Of a DNA stretch of 64,000 bases, positions 1 through 12,761 are shown piece after piece (positions within the stretch are counted from its first letter, which is position 1; each line of letters starts with the position of its first letter). The notes under the pieces are model-generated. The model was not told where the DNA came from, ran no database searches, and saw only the letters and a list, made by a program, of their open reading frames with translations. Origin of the DNA: Amoebidium appalachense (lineage: Eukaryota > Protista > Ichthyosporea); assembly GCA_963693365.1 (NCBI GenBank), contig CAVNZM010000004.1, positions 392,448-456,447 of the forward strand, given 5' to 3'. Position numbers and translations under genes: made by a program.

Positions 1-246
1 GAGTCACAGTGCCAGAGGTAATATATATATATTTATTGTGTGGGTGCCACCGGCATGCAGCTGTCGTGCAAGCAAAGCCGGTGCACGGCGTGAAATTAGT
101 GTGCTCAATCATTACTCGTGGGTGTTTATGGATCATGAGAGTCTGACGGATGCCCAGTTGTTTGGCGCTTACTCAGCTAGTAATGCTTGACTCAGAGGTT
201 GTGTACGTGTGTGGGGGAGGACGGAGGAGGAGGAGGGATGGGGGGT

Positions 247-282
<36 letters not shown>

Positions 283-1316
283 ATCGACTGGCCGGCCAAG
301 CAAAGAGCAACCAGTCAAGACAATTCACTTCGAAATCCTTGTGTACAGACTTTGAGACAAGGTTTTCGACTGGGATAGGTATGCTCGGGGGTGGAGGGGA
401 GGGAGAGGGAGGGCGAAGGAAGGGGAAGGGGGAAGGGGAGGGGGCCGGGGTCGGAAGGGGGAGTCTCAGGGGACATGAGAGTGAGAGGGAGTGTGTGTGT
501 ACGCGCACGTGCGTGCTTGTGTGCATGTGTGTCTTGTGAGTATATGTGTTGTGTGTGTATGTGCGTGTGTGCCGCGCGTGTGTGTACACATGTGTTGCCC
601 GGGGCGTGTAAAAATGTGGTGTGTTCAGTGTTTGTCTATGTTGAGGTTGTGTCGAGAAGAGAGTGTGGTATGGTGGCGCTGGTGGTGCACGTGGTGGTGA
701 CGTCGGGGGGGGGGGGGGGGGGGGGGAGGAGTTCATTGGCATGTGCAATATGTGTGGGTTCGTCCGCAGGCTGCAAACATGAACACATCTGGACCCGGTG
801 CACAAAAGTAGTTTATGGCTGATAATGACTGTAGCTAGTACATGTGATGGCACTGTACGATCAATGGCGAAGACTTTAAAAGTGAACGGCTCCACACGAA
901 CACGTCGGGCTGAAATTTATTTTCCTTTTGTCAAAAATGTGTTGCCCTATTTTGGAGGGGAGATTATGGTCCTGCTTTGTATAACTGTGTTGTCCTTGTT
1001 TGTGTCTATAGGATGTGCGGCCTGATTATTGGCGTATGCAGGGATTGACTAAAATTAATGTGATTTGAAATCTTAAAGATAAATAGTGCATTTTTTCCCC
1101 AAAAAAATTAAGATAATAGGGTCTACCAAACCTGGTGGATATTTACGATCCTATGGGGAGAAGGGGGGAGGGGGGGGGGGGGGGGGGGATGTTGCACAGA
1201 ACAACTTGGGGCGAGTTAATAGTGACAATGTTTTGTCGGCTAGTGAGTATATGCATTGCTAACGATACACCACTCTCACGCCCCTGGTTGTCGTCACCTC
1301 TAAATGAGTGTTCCAA

Positions 1317-1350
<34 letters not shown>

Positions 1351-1553
1351 GGGGGGGAGTTGGAGTTGTGGGGTGGGGGAGGATTCGAACCACCAACTGT
1401 AACCTGAAGGGGGGTGTTTGGGGGGTGTTTGGGGGGGAGGGGGGGGGACCCACCACCCATATGGGAAGGAGCCTCCCCCTCCCCCCGTCCCCCCTCCCCC
1501 CTCCTCCCTCTCCCCCTCCCCCCGGCCCCCCCATACCCCCCCCCCCCCCCCCC

Positions 1554-1587
<34 letters not shown>

Positions 1588-1757
1588 GGAGAGCCCCAAG
1601 GAACCCATCCACGAACCCACCAACGTCTGAATTGGTCACTATTTTAGATAGTGGACACAAACACACGTCGGTATCATCTTTAAATGCTTTAAATGTTGTA
1701 TCCATCTTTATAGGTTAGGCTAAATGCTTACAGTGTACGGCACTAGCCAATGCCATC

Positions 1758-1788
<31 letters not shown>

Positions 1789-1903
1789 AAAGGAATGTGG
1801 GGAGGGAGGGGGCGGAGGGTTTTCAATATTTACTACTAGCTGATTTAATCGAAAGTCAAAAAACCTTATATATGCTGTGGGCACAGGTATAAGCACATCT
1901 TTT

Positions 1904-2193
<290 letters not shown>

Positions 2194-2668
2194 TACACAG
2201 GGAGAGAGAGGGGTGGGGGAGGGGAGGGGAAAGAGTCTGATCTCAAGAGAGTTATCTCAAGAGAGAGAGCGTCGAGAGAGAAGAGAGAGAGAAGAGAGAG
2301 AGAGGGAAAGAGAGAGAGAGAGAAAGAGAAACGGTGGGAGAGGGGGGGGGGGGGGGGAGAGAGAGAGAGATAGAAAGAGAGAGGGGGGGGGGGAAAGAGA
2401 GACAGAGAGAGCGAGCCGGGGGAGAGAGAGAGAGAGAGAGAGCGGAGAGAGAGAGAGAGAGAGAGGAGGGAGGGAGGGGGAGAGAGAGAGAGAGAGAGAG
2501 AGGGAGGGAGAGAGAGAGAGAGAGGGAGGGAGGGAGGTACATATGGCATCATACTCACACACCACGTGCACGCGCAAGCATGCCCAGACACACACACAAG
2601 CGCATACGTGCAGTGCCACGCGCACGCGTGCACGCGTGCATGCACAATGGCTAAAATCACACACACAC

Positions 2669-2915
2669 ACATACATCATAGTATATACACACACACACAT
2701 ACATCATAGTATATACACACACACACATACATCATAGTATATACACACACACACATACATCATAGTATATACACACACACACATACATCATAGTATACAC
2801 ACACACACACATACATCATAGTATATACACACACACACATACATCATAGTATATATACACACACACATACATCATAGTATATACACACACACACATACAT
2901 CATAGTATATACACA
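2669..2915. repeat. ~28-30 bp minisatellite (acatacatcatagtata(ta)cacacacac), ~8 copies
   Basis: Repeated catacatcatagtata core with a variable CA spacer. Confidence 0.9.
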
Positions 2916-3363
2916 CACTCACATACAGCATATTATATACATAAACATACGTGCAGCCCGTGCGCAGGCACACCACACACACACATGCACACACACACAC
3001 ACACACACATGCACACATACACACACACACACATGCACACATACACACACACACACATGCACACATACACACACACACACACATGCACACATACACACAC
3101 TCCCCTCCACCCTCCCCCCCCCCCTTCTCCGCCCCCCCCTCCCCCCCCCCCCGTCCCCCCCACACCCATCCCCCTCCCCCCCCCCTCCCCCCGCTGTGCA
3201 CAGATCACCGTGGTATGTATGCAATTTGAAAGCCACATGTGCCTCCAGGCTGCCAGAACCACCATTGATTGGAACTCTTTGTGTGTAAAATCAGTGTTTG
3301 AAGTCTTTGTTTGAGATGGCTGCCCGTTAGCTAGCATAGTCGGCCTCTTTAAAAAGAATGGAA

Positions 3364-3398
<35 letters not shown>

Positions 3399-4362
3399 TG
3401 GCGCAGACAACCCACCCCAAGCAAAATTTAAGATCATTAAGGCTATGGTCCCCGAACAATTCAGATACTTAGCCCTTATTTTTAAATTACCAATGATTTC
3501 AATTTCAGTCACCCCCTGTAAAGGTTCTTGCCATAATTTGTGTACATAGCACACACAGTAAATAACGCCGCCCTCCCCCCCCCCGCCCCCCCCCTCCCCC
3601 CCCCCCCCCCCCACCACCACCACCACCACCACCCGGTGATCACCCACCCTTCATCCTTATTCACTCCCAGGGCCTGCACACACACACTTTCGGGGGAGAC
3701 AGGGAGAAGGGGGGAGGGGGGGAGTTTGGAATGCTGCAGCTGGTGGTGGGGGTGGGGGGTGGGTGGGGGGCGGGGGGGGCCCGGCGGCGGGGGGGGGGGG
3801 GGGGGGGGGGGGGGGGAGGGCATAATAGGAGGGGTGGGGGCTGGGGGGAGGGGAGGAGGGGGGGAGGGGGGAGGGGGGGGGGGGCGGGGCATCTGCACCA
3901 TCTGCACGTGTGTGTGCATACGGCACGTGATGGTAGGCCCAGCCCGCCATCTCCCCACCATCTACCTCCAAGATGGCCAAGCTCGTTCCTATTGCACGGC
4001 TAGCCCTGGCATGCGCATGACGTGTGGCATCGGCCAAATCCGAGTCAATGCAACATGTTTTTGTCACTTTTTTTTTTTTTTTGACACGTGTTTTGCTCAC
4101 GCCACACCCTCAGCCCACCTTTCATTCGCACACCGTTAGATGGTCCAGATGGCCGACAGCAGGCCTGGGGCAGACATGACACATGCATGCGGTTGCCAGT
4201 GGGTCCTTGACAGCCCACGTGACAATTTCTTTTTTTTAAAGAGGACAGTCCTGCAGCTGCCACACAAGCTTGGTTGGTGTGCATGTGGGGCATGCGCGTC
4301 TGACCATTTTGGCAGCCACGATACAGTAGCTGCATGCCCCTGCCCCACACCGGCACCGTGGC

Positions 4363-4370
4363 TATATAAA
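4363..4370 (+). promoter_or_regulatory. TATA box of secreted peptide gene 1
   Basis: TATATAAA ~150 nt upstream of ATG 4512; the paralogs have TATA boxes at similar distances (12914-12919 minus, 13900-13906 plus). Confidence 0.6.
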
Positions 4371-4511
4371 CCTAGCCCGCACACAAACCACACCACAAAG
4401 CTGTTGACTTGGTGGTGTATGTACGCCTGGACGTGGCGCACACCAAATCTTTCTCGAACTGAACGACGTTTTCTTCAACCCATTCTTCTGAGTGGCACAC
4501 CCACCACCGCC

Positions 4512-5491
4512 ATGCGTCTTCTCCTGTGTCTTGCGCTGGGCCTTGCGCTGGCGGCGCTGGCCGTTGGGGTGGCCGTGCCCACGGCCGAGGCGGGGCACGA
4601 GCTGGCGGCACGTGACCACATGCACAGCGACGACACGTGGGTGCTGGACGACGCACACGTGCTGGCTGCAAGGGACGCAGAGCCTGTCGAGGGCGTGGAC
4701 ATGGTGAGTGCGTGTGTTGTGTGTGTGTATATGGTGAGTGCGTGTGTTGTTGTTGTTGGGGGGGGGGGGGGGGGGGGGGGGGTGACTAGTGGTGCACTGA
4801 TGTGAAGGTTTTCTGGCACCCGTGACCGTGCCAGGCACTGAAAAGTGACGGTGTTGAAGGTGTTGGTATAATATACACCCTGCATCAATTTCAGTGTGCG
4901 AAAACAACAATAAATTGAACCTGCATTGCCATGTCCCGGAGGGGCTGTCAGTGCATTTACCTTATCAACAGTGGTGACCGTTTAGCGTATTTACCTTATT
5001 ATCGGTGACCGTTTAGCGAATTTACACTGTACATTAATTAATATTCGTGCCGTTTAGCGACCTTGCTGAATGGACCTTATTGGTGACCGTTTAACGAACT
5101 TACGTTAATGGTGATACCTTATTGCTGACCGTTTAGAAAATTTACCTTATTGGTGACCGTTTAGCGCAAAAACCTGTTTGGTGACCGTTTGGTGCATTTA
5201 TTTATTGGTGATGGTTTAAACACATTTACCTTATTGGTGACGGAACTTAACACTTTTACCTGTTTGGTAATTGGCCTTGCTACCGTCTCTGGAGATCTAG
5301 GGTAGGGCTTGACTGGTTTAGGTTCCGATCCTGACTCTCAATCCTCCCCCCCCCCCCCCCTCCCCCAACCACCACCACCACACACACGCTCACACGTTCA
5401 CACACAGCTTGTCACCCCCACCCCACACACACAAACACGCGCGCACGCACACGTATACATGCGCGCACGCACACACACGCACACTCACACT

Positions 5492-5523
<32 letters not shown>

Positions 5524-5731
5524 GGACGGTTTTGGTGAGCACCACCTTGCTCGGCGCCAGGGATGGGGCGGCGGTGGATGGGGTGGCAGAGGATGGGGCA
5601 GGGGGGGCTGCTGGGGTGGACGCTGTGGTGGATGGGGGTGGGGTGGACCCGGATGGGGTCGGGGTGGGTGGGGTTGGGGCAGGGGGTGGGGATGGGGTAG
5701 GGGTGGCTGGGGTGGCCGTGGCTGGTGGTAA
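4512..5731 (+). CDS. Secreted Gly/Trp/Arg-rich prepropeptide, copy 1 (putative antimicrobial peptide precursor), 132 aa, 2 exons
   Basis: Exon 1 4512-4703 (ccgccATG; MRLLLCLALGLALAALAVGVAVPTAEAGHELAARDHMHSDDTWVLDDAHVLAARDAEPVEGVDM|gtgagt); exon 2 5525-5731 (tacag|DGFGEHHLARR-QGWGGGGWGGRGWGRGGCWGGRC...GGRGWW*). Phase-0 join; hydrophobic signal peptide; two paralogs in the window. Confidence 0.88.
4950..5270. repeat. Degenerate ~25-bp tandem repeat (tttaccttattggtgaccgtttagcg) in the intron of peptide gene 1
   Basis: About 10 recurrences of ggtgaccgttta/tttaccttatt; a reverse-complement remnant (ccgtcaccaataaggta) lies in the intron of copy 2 near 12180-12200. Confidence 0.8.
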
Positions 5732-7200
5732 ATGATAATGTTGCCCCAAAGGTTTTTGTATGGCAGAATATTCCACTATGTGAGGGGGGAGGGCACCTGT
5801 TACAGTGGTTTTGTTGATGAATCAGATTAGAGAGTGCTGATTTGTGAGTCGCGCATGGCACCGTTTTTTCCCCAGAAAATAAACACCTTCAAATCCACAC
5901 GTGCATCCAGACCACAGTTTGTGCTTCTGATTTCACACAGTGAAGGATGTTTTCAGTATGAAATATTATTGGCTGTGATCACATGAGGATCGATTTCATG
6001 GGCGCTATTGTGGTGGCTGGCTATACCCGGCACAGGTGTGCCGCGGTGGGAGTAAAGATGTGGGTCAGGTGACCACACGATTTTGCCAAGTCTTGTTGCT
6101 CCGATGTGTGACTTGAACAACCGAGCTCGTACGGACGGGTGCTACCTTGTGTGTACACTACACCGTGTACCTGGTTGTGGCTGTGTGTGCGTGTGTGCGC
6201 CCACTTGTGTGTGTGTGTGCGTGTGTGTGTATGAGCACACGTGTGTAGTGTGTGGGTGCGTGTACATATACGCCTGCGTCTGTTTGTGTGTGTGGGGGGG
6301 GGGGGAGGGGGGGGGGGGGAGTAGGAGGGGAGGGGGGGAGGGGGTGGTGGTGTTTGTGTGCGTGTGTGTGTAACGGTCGAGATGTGTGTGTGTGTGTGTG
6401 CTTGTGCAGGGTGCGTTTGGGGGTGTAGACGTGTCCGTATGAGTTGCACTGTGTGAGAGGTTGCGAACGATTGTCGTGACACGTCTGAGCCGCTGCCTGC
6501 GCGTGTTATGTACTGTACTATTGGTTTTTGTGCCCATAGGCCTTTTTGAAGTTGGTATGGTGGAGGGGCCAGCAGAAACTTGATTAAGTCCTTCCTGATC
6601 GTCCCTCCCTCACCATCTCCCCTCGGGGCCGGGGGGGGGGGGGGGGGGGGAGGGAGGGAGGGACCTGCTCATTCACAATGGGGTGGTGCCCCCCCCCCCC
6701 CCCCCCCCCCCGCCCACATGCAGACACACCCCTTCTCCTCCTTTGGGGGATTCCTCTTGCACACCTCCTAATCCCCGGCCTTCCCACCAACCAACAGCAA
6801 TCTTTCATAGAGACCAGCGCTTCGACAGGTCAGTTTGGGGCGAAGCTAACGACATGCAGTCACTGTGCACCATGCATAGTATTATAATATCTCACGAGTC
6901 ACTGGTAGCGTAACTGTCTGCCTTTGTCCTGGCTACCTGTTTATTAGTGTGCGTGTGAGTGTGGCACCCCGGCGATTAATTCTTCGAGTGCGTTTTCATT
7001 TGGGGCAACACCGTGTGCGAGTGTCGGCGTCTTCATCATCACAGGTAGTAGCACTTTTGTTTGTGTTTGTGTGTCCAGCTATAAACCCACGGTCACATAT
7101 ATATGTGCGCGCATGAGCGTTCGTGTGGGTGTGTGCACGTGTGTCACGGTGTGTGTGTGTGTGTGTGTGTGTTTGTGTGAGTGTGTGAGTGAGTGAGTGA

Positions 7201-7254
<54 letters not shown>

Positions 7255-7488
7255 AACCGACTTCAAGTAACATCGAGATGCTGTGTGTGGGGCGGAGGGG
7301 GGCCCGGGAGGGAGAGGGGGGGGGAGGAATGGGGGGAAAGGGGGGGGGGGGGCAGGGGGACACGGGATTTGGAGTAGGTGACACTGATGTAAGGGAGAGC
7401 AACGTAGTAAGCAACAAATCCGCCCTCGCAGAAAATCACGGAGGATGGAGACACTCGCACGGATGGGGCAGGAGGACTCGGGCCCGGT

Positions 7489-7543
<55 letters not shown>

Positions 7544-8032
7544 ATGCATGTGTGCGTGTGTGCGTGTGTGCGTGTGTGCGTGTGTGCGTGTGTGCGTGTG
7601 CGCGTGTGTGCGTGTGTGCGTGTGTACGTGTGTGTGTGTGTGTTGGAGTTTGTGGGGGGGGGGGGGGGGGGGGGGAGCTCGTGGGGAGGGGAGGGGGGAG
7701 GGGGGGGGGGGTTGCCTGGCTGGTGTCAAGTGTCAAGCATGTACATGCATTGTAGGCTGACAGGTCCTTTTATTACAGCCCAAGCTTCAGAAGGGTGGGT
7801 GGGTCGACTTCCTGTGATTACGAGGCTCCCGGGTGCATATTATACGTCCTAATATTAGGTGGTTTGTGGATGTGTGTGTGTGGTGGTGGTGGTGGTGGTG
7901 GTGGTGGTGGTGGTGGGGGGGGGGGGGGGGGGGGGGGGAGGGGGGGAGGGGGGAGATCCCCCTTCAGTTGGGTGGTGGTTTCCCGTGGGGCCCACTTTCA
8001 TCAATCCCACAACCAGTTGAGGGGTGGTGCAC

Positions 8033-8094
<62 letters not shown>

Positions 8095-8429
8095 CGCCGC
8101 GCCCGGGGCACCGCGTAGGCTACCAGACAGCAAGACATTAAAATCGTGTAGTCACCTGGCCCAAGTATTACATATTTAATTAATATTCCGACCGCAGCAC
8201 ACCTGTGCCGGGTGTAGCAAGCCACCACAGTTGCACCCGTGATCCTCACGTGCCACCAGCCAGCCAATATGACCATAGCAAAAACATCATTTGGATTTGG
8301 TATAGAGATACAAAAACGTCGGAGTCGATTTCTGGGTACAAGTAGATTTCAAAGGTTTCCTAATTTGGGAGAAAACAATATATTTATGTATGGACACTTC
8401 TCTATTTTTCAAATCAAGATAAACCAGTT

Positions 8430-10832
8430 ACTCGCCGTCAAGGAGTATGGGTCGGTTCATGGCTTCTTTCTTGCCGCAGTGCGCGACGCCCGTGCGCAGC
8501 GGAACCCGGCTATTTTGGAGGTCTGTTATAATGAGTTTGTTGAGTTTCAATTTGCCCTTGGCGAGCAGGTGGTGGGCACAGTTGAGTACCCTTCCGTTCG
8601 GTCGAGACAGTCTCACGTTTTGCAGTCCCGACGACAGTTGTTGCCTCTACAGGAAGCATTATCGGTTTGGAAATCCGCCGGTCGGTTTGGGCCTTCCGTG
8701 CAAGTCTATGCCCCGTCTCCTTCCACTCTCCGTCGCTGAATCCGTCGACGACTATTATGCTTCCCTATTTTCGCTTCCTAACGTGTCCACGGTTCCATCA
8801 CCGCCCGCTGGCGCTCTCCCAGCCGCCGAGTTGGGAGCCGGACCGATCGTTCCCGGGCACTTTTCATAGTTATTTCAACTCTTGGCTGCTTTTGGTGCTA
8901 TACGGGCGTTAAAACCCCACAAAGCGTGCGGGCAGGATGCTCTTCCTCCCGTGCTTTTCAAGGTTCTTTCTCCCGCCCCGTAATCGTGCAGAGTCCCCCT
9001 CGCCCCCGCCTTTTGCTGTCCTTCTTAGTGAGTTTTTTTCGGCTTTTTTCGAACTCGGGTTTATTCCAAATTCGTGGCTTGACACAATCGTTACTTGCCC
9101 GTTCGTAAGAAGGTATCGCAGGGGGTCATTAACGACTTTCGTCCCGTCACACTTACCAACGTTTTTCGTCGGCTCTCCGAGGGTTGCATGCTTCGCGCGT
9201 TTAACACCGACGATTCTTTAAAAGCCGTGTTCCGTCTTTCTTCCCTTCAAGGGGGCTTTCGTCATGCCTATTCGTATACCCACAGCCTGTTACTCCATGA
9301 ATCCATGCTATGCGGGGCTTACCAGCCCCCTTTGGCCGTCTTCTGCAAGCCCTGTTCGATACCACTCGCGGACGAGCAGCGGTCAATGGAACATTAACGC
9401 CCGGTTTTTCTCGTTCTCGGGGTTTTCTGCAGGGGTCCCTCCTGAGTCCGTTGTTGTTTGACGTTTTCATCGACGATTTAGCCTGCGCCCTCGAACCTTT
9501 TGGCCAACTGCATACCCGCCGTGTACCGGGTCTCCTTTTTGCGGACGATATTGTTCTTTGTTCCTTAACCGAAGACGTCATGCACCAGATGCTTCGTCAG
9601 GTGGATCAATGGTGCACCGAGAATCTCATGACAGTCGGAATTGCAAAGTGTACTACTTTTTCGGAAAACGGTTCCTTTCGATTGGCCGGTCTTCCAATTC
9701 CTGTTCAGAGCACCTATGACTATTTGGGTATTCCTCTACTGCACGGGGTATTGATTTCCGCAAGCTCCTCACGGTACGGATCGCTCGTGCAAAGGGCAAG
9801 CTTCACATCGTATCAAATATGTTTCAACGGGAGTCTGTGATCCATCCTGCGAACCTTCTTCTTTACTATAAAACTTTTTTACGGCCGGCTTTCGAATATG
9901 GACTTCCGTTATTGGCCTGCGCCCCACCCCTCGAGGCGGCCGTGGCGCTGAAAGAGTTCGACGATTTCCAGGGTACTGCGCTGCACACTTTGTTTCGTAC
10001 TCGGTTTGTGTCTCCCTTAATCAGTATGTTTGGATTGTCGTCTGCTGTTTGTCGTATGGAGGAATTCTCTCTTCGTTTTTGTTTTCATTTACTTAGGATA
10101 CCTGATGGTCACCCTCTTTATGCTTTCTTTCCCCCCCCTCCCTCCATCCCTCTTCCCCCCCCGACTCACCAACGCCACTTCTGAATGTCCTCAGCCTACC
10201 TTCTTTCAACCTGATTCTTCCTCTCGCTATGTCATTCCCTCTTTCTTTTCTCTTCCTGTTTTTTCTGCCTTTTCGAGTTATTAGCACACGCAGTATAAGT
10301 TTCTTTCTCGTTCTGATGAAATCAAAGGTAAAACTCAGTCGGCATGTGTTATGTTCCTTAGGCAACACCGTACTGATCATTATCGCTTTTTGGGAGCTTT
10401 GGCAGGATACATTTCTCCTGCTGTACGTATGGATACCACCCTAGTAGATAAGTCTGTATGGTGCTCTGATGTTGATATTGCCTGGGAAGTTGTGCAGTGG
10501 CGTTGTAATTCTTGTTTCCATCACCGCTGGTGCCACTTTTGTGCTGAAAGTTTTAATCGAAAGCAACAGTTGATAGGTGTGAGTTTTTATGTCGCGTTTT
10601 ACCTCTTTCCCTACGGGTGTCTGCTACACTGACTGGCAATGTGAACACTTTAGACTTTTTGTTGAATTCTGTTGGTCGTCACATTGAGTATTTATATGAT
10701 TTTCACACAGTGTTCAGGTATCTCAGTATGCACTTGTTACTGGATAACTCGTGAAGTTTTTATTGTCTTCTCAGTATGCCGTGAATACTTGCATATCTTT
10801 CCGTCGAATAAATCCCGTCAAAAGAAAAAAAA
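8430..10832 (+). mobile_element. 5'-truncated, frameshifted non-LTR retrotransposon (LINE-type reverse transcriptase)
   Basis: Motifs in consecutive frames: KACGQD (pre-RT), INDFRPVTLTNVFRRLSE, LQGGFR, RGFLQGSLLSPLLFDVFIDDL, LLFADDIVL, YDYLGIP, YKTFLRPAFEYG, C-terminal QWRCN..CHFC. AATAAA at 10807-10812 is followed by an A-rich tail at 10820-10832. No microsatellites inside. The 5' boundary is approximate. Confidence 0.92.
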
Positions 10833-10948
10833 TTACCAGTAAATCTCCCCCCCCCCCCCCCCCAAAAAAAAAAAAAAGAAAAAAAAGAAAAAGAAAAAGG
10901 ATTTCCTATGCTGTGGAACAATGATGCATCCACATCTACCGGCCCCAC

Positions 10949-11155
10949 TTAGGTCCTGCCACGACCACTCCCCCCAACCCTACTACCCCACCATTCCCCC
11001 CTGCCCCATCCTCCCCTTCCACCCCTGCCCCATCCCCATCCCCAGCCACCCCGACTCCCCCCGCATCCCCCCCAGCCACCGCAAGTGCAACCCCAGCAGC
11101 CGCTCTGACGCCGAGCAAGGTGGTGATCACCAAGACCGTCCTGAATCAACCAGAT

Positions 11156-11215
<60 letters not shown>

Positions 11216-12467
11216 ATGCCACGGTGTGCGTGTGCGCTTGCGTGTGTGTGGCTGTGCCAGTGTAAACAACTGTACACATGAACTGTACATGTTTACTAAA
11301 GAATGTGATCTACTAGCACACGATTCGTGCTTTGTCATGAATATCACATAAATATTATGTCCGCACCAATAGGACTCACTCTAACCTAAGAATTGAACCA
11401 TATATGGTTCTTCCGCTGCATACCACATAAACGAAATGAACCAATAAGATGTTTGCATAAATAGGACAAAGGTCTGACTGGCTCGGACCGCACCAGAATC
11501 ACGAATGGCATGTTGCCACCCGCGCTGGCCGCGGATGAACCAATCCTGGGCCTTGATCCGAAACCTGGGGGCTATATAAGGAAGCCGTCCCAGTACGGGG
11601 ATCACATCAGTGAAGTCTGAGACAGACTGAGTCGGCCCATAGTAAAAGCAACCTGGCCGCGTGTGCCTTTCTACCCGTTCTCCGTCTTTATTTTGATTCA
11701 GTTGTACTCTGCCTTATCCTAACTAGTCCAACTGTTTACAGCCAGTGTGTGGCTGTGCGTGTGTGTCGTGTGTGCTTGACAATGTCTGTGCACATGTGCC
11801 TGCTAGCTGTGTGTCTGCGTGTGTGCGTGTGCGTGGGGAGGGAGGGAACGATGGGACGTAAGTGTTGGCCACAAGGCAATTTGAATGCAAGCTGTAAAGT
11901 TGTCCACATGGCGACTGAAACCTTTGCTTATCATGATCATATGCAGAATAATAAACTTAGTTCCACTCTACTAATAAGTAGGTACTCCAGCACACAACTC
12001 GGAACCCATGCATGATATTTAAAGACAATGGGCCGAAATTAGATGGGGTTAAGAAAGAGACTCTCTTTCCAGATCTCCAGAGCGGCTGGCAAGGCCCGTC
12101 ACTAACCGGTAATTGCGAGTTGAACCATTGCCAATCAGGTAAATGCGTTAAACTCCTAACATTTGGTAATGGCATTAAACCGTCACCAATAAGGTAGATG
12201 CGTTAACGGCCCCCTCAGCCTCATCCGGCCCTAGGCTGGACTATACTGTATACGAGCACAAGGAATGCATGCTGGGGGTGTACTCTATGGCATCCGCATG
12301 TGACACTGTCAGGAACTAAAACGGTACGACAGAGACAACACTTCATGACGTGCACGAGTCCCTCAAAACAAAAGGAAACACCCATTCAGTCTGACTCGTG
12401 CCGTGACCCACAAATAACTCATACACAGATCTAGAACACACCAAATCAGGACACTCCCCCCCCTCTC

Positions 12468-12565
<98 letters not shown>

Positions 12566-12761
12566 ATATGCATGTCCACGCCCTCTCGAGCTCCCTGTGT
12601 CTCTTGCAGCCAGCACGTGCGCGTCGTTCAGCGCCCACGTGTCATCGCTGTGCGTGTGATCACGTGCCGCCACCTCGTGCCCCGCCTCGGCCGTGGGCAC
12701 GGCCACCCCAACGGCCAGCGCCGCCAGCGCAAGGCAGCGCAAGACACAGCAGAAGACCCAT
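10949..12761 (-). pseudogene. Secreted Gly/Trp/Arg-rich prepropeptide, copy 2, frameshifted (probable pseudogene)
   Basis: Exon 1 12761-12565 (ATG GGT CTT CTG CTG TGT...) has a 2-nt deletion (gcgctg--ccttgcg) giving a stop at 12660, plus a +1 shift near 12585. Exon 2 11140-10949 (ttcag|DGLGDHHLARR-QSGCWGCTCGGWGGCGGSRGGWGWGWGRGG...RT*). Solo LTR in the intron. Confidence 0.8.
11261..11740 (+). mobile_element. Solo LTR (480 bp)
   Basis: TGTAAACA...TGTTTACA inverted termini (TG..CA); exact 5-bp TSD GCCAG at 11256-11260 and 11741-11745; internal CCAAT, TATATAA (11573-11579) and AGTAAA (11641-11646). Confidence 0.88.

Noticed and set aside
4950-5270. Repeat array with variable spacing resembling a CRISPR array
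   Set aside because: Units are degenerate and adjacent without unique spacers; eukaryotic intron; no cas genes.
5558-5728. GW/WG repeats as Argonaute hook (GW182-like) or RGG RNA-binding domain
   Set aside because: The precursor has a clear signal peptide and dibasic processing site, so the peptide should not be cytosolic.
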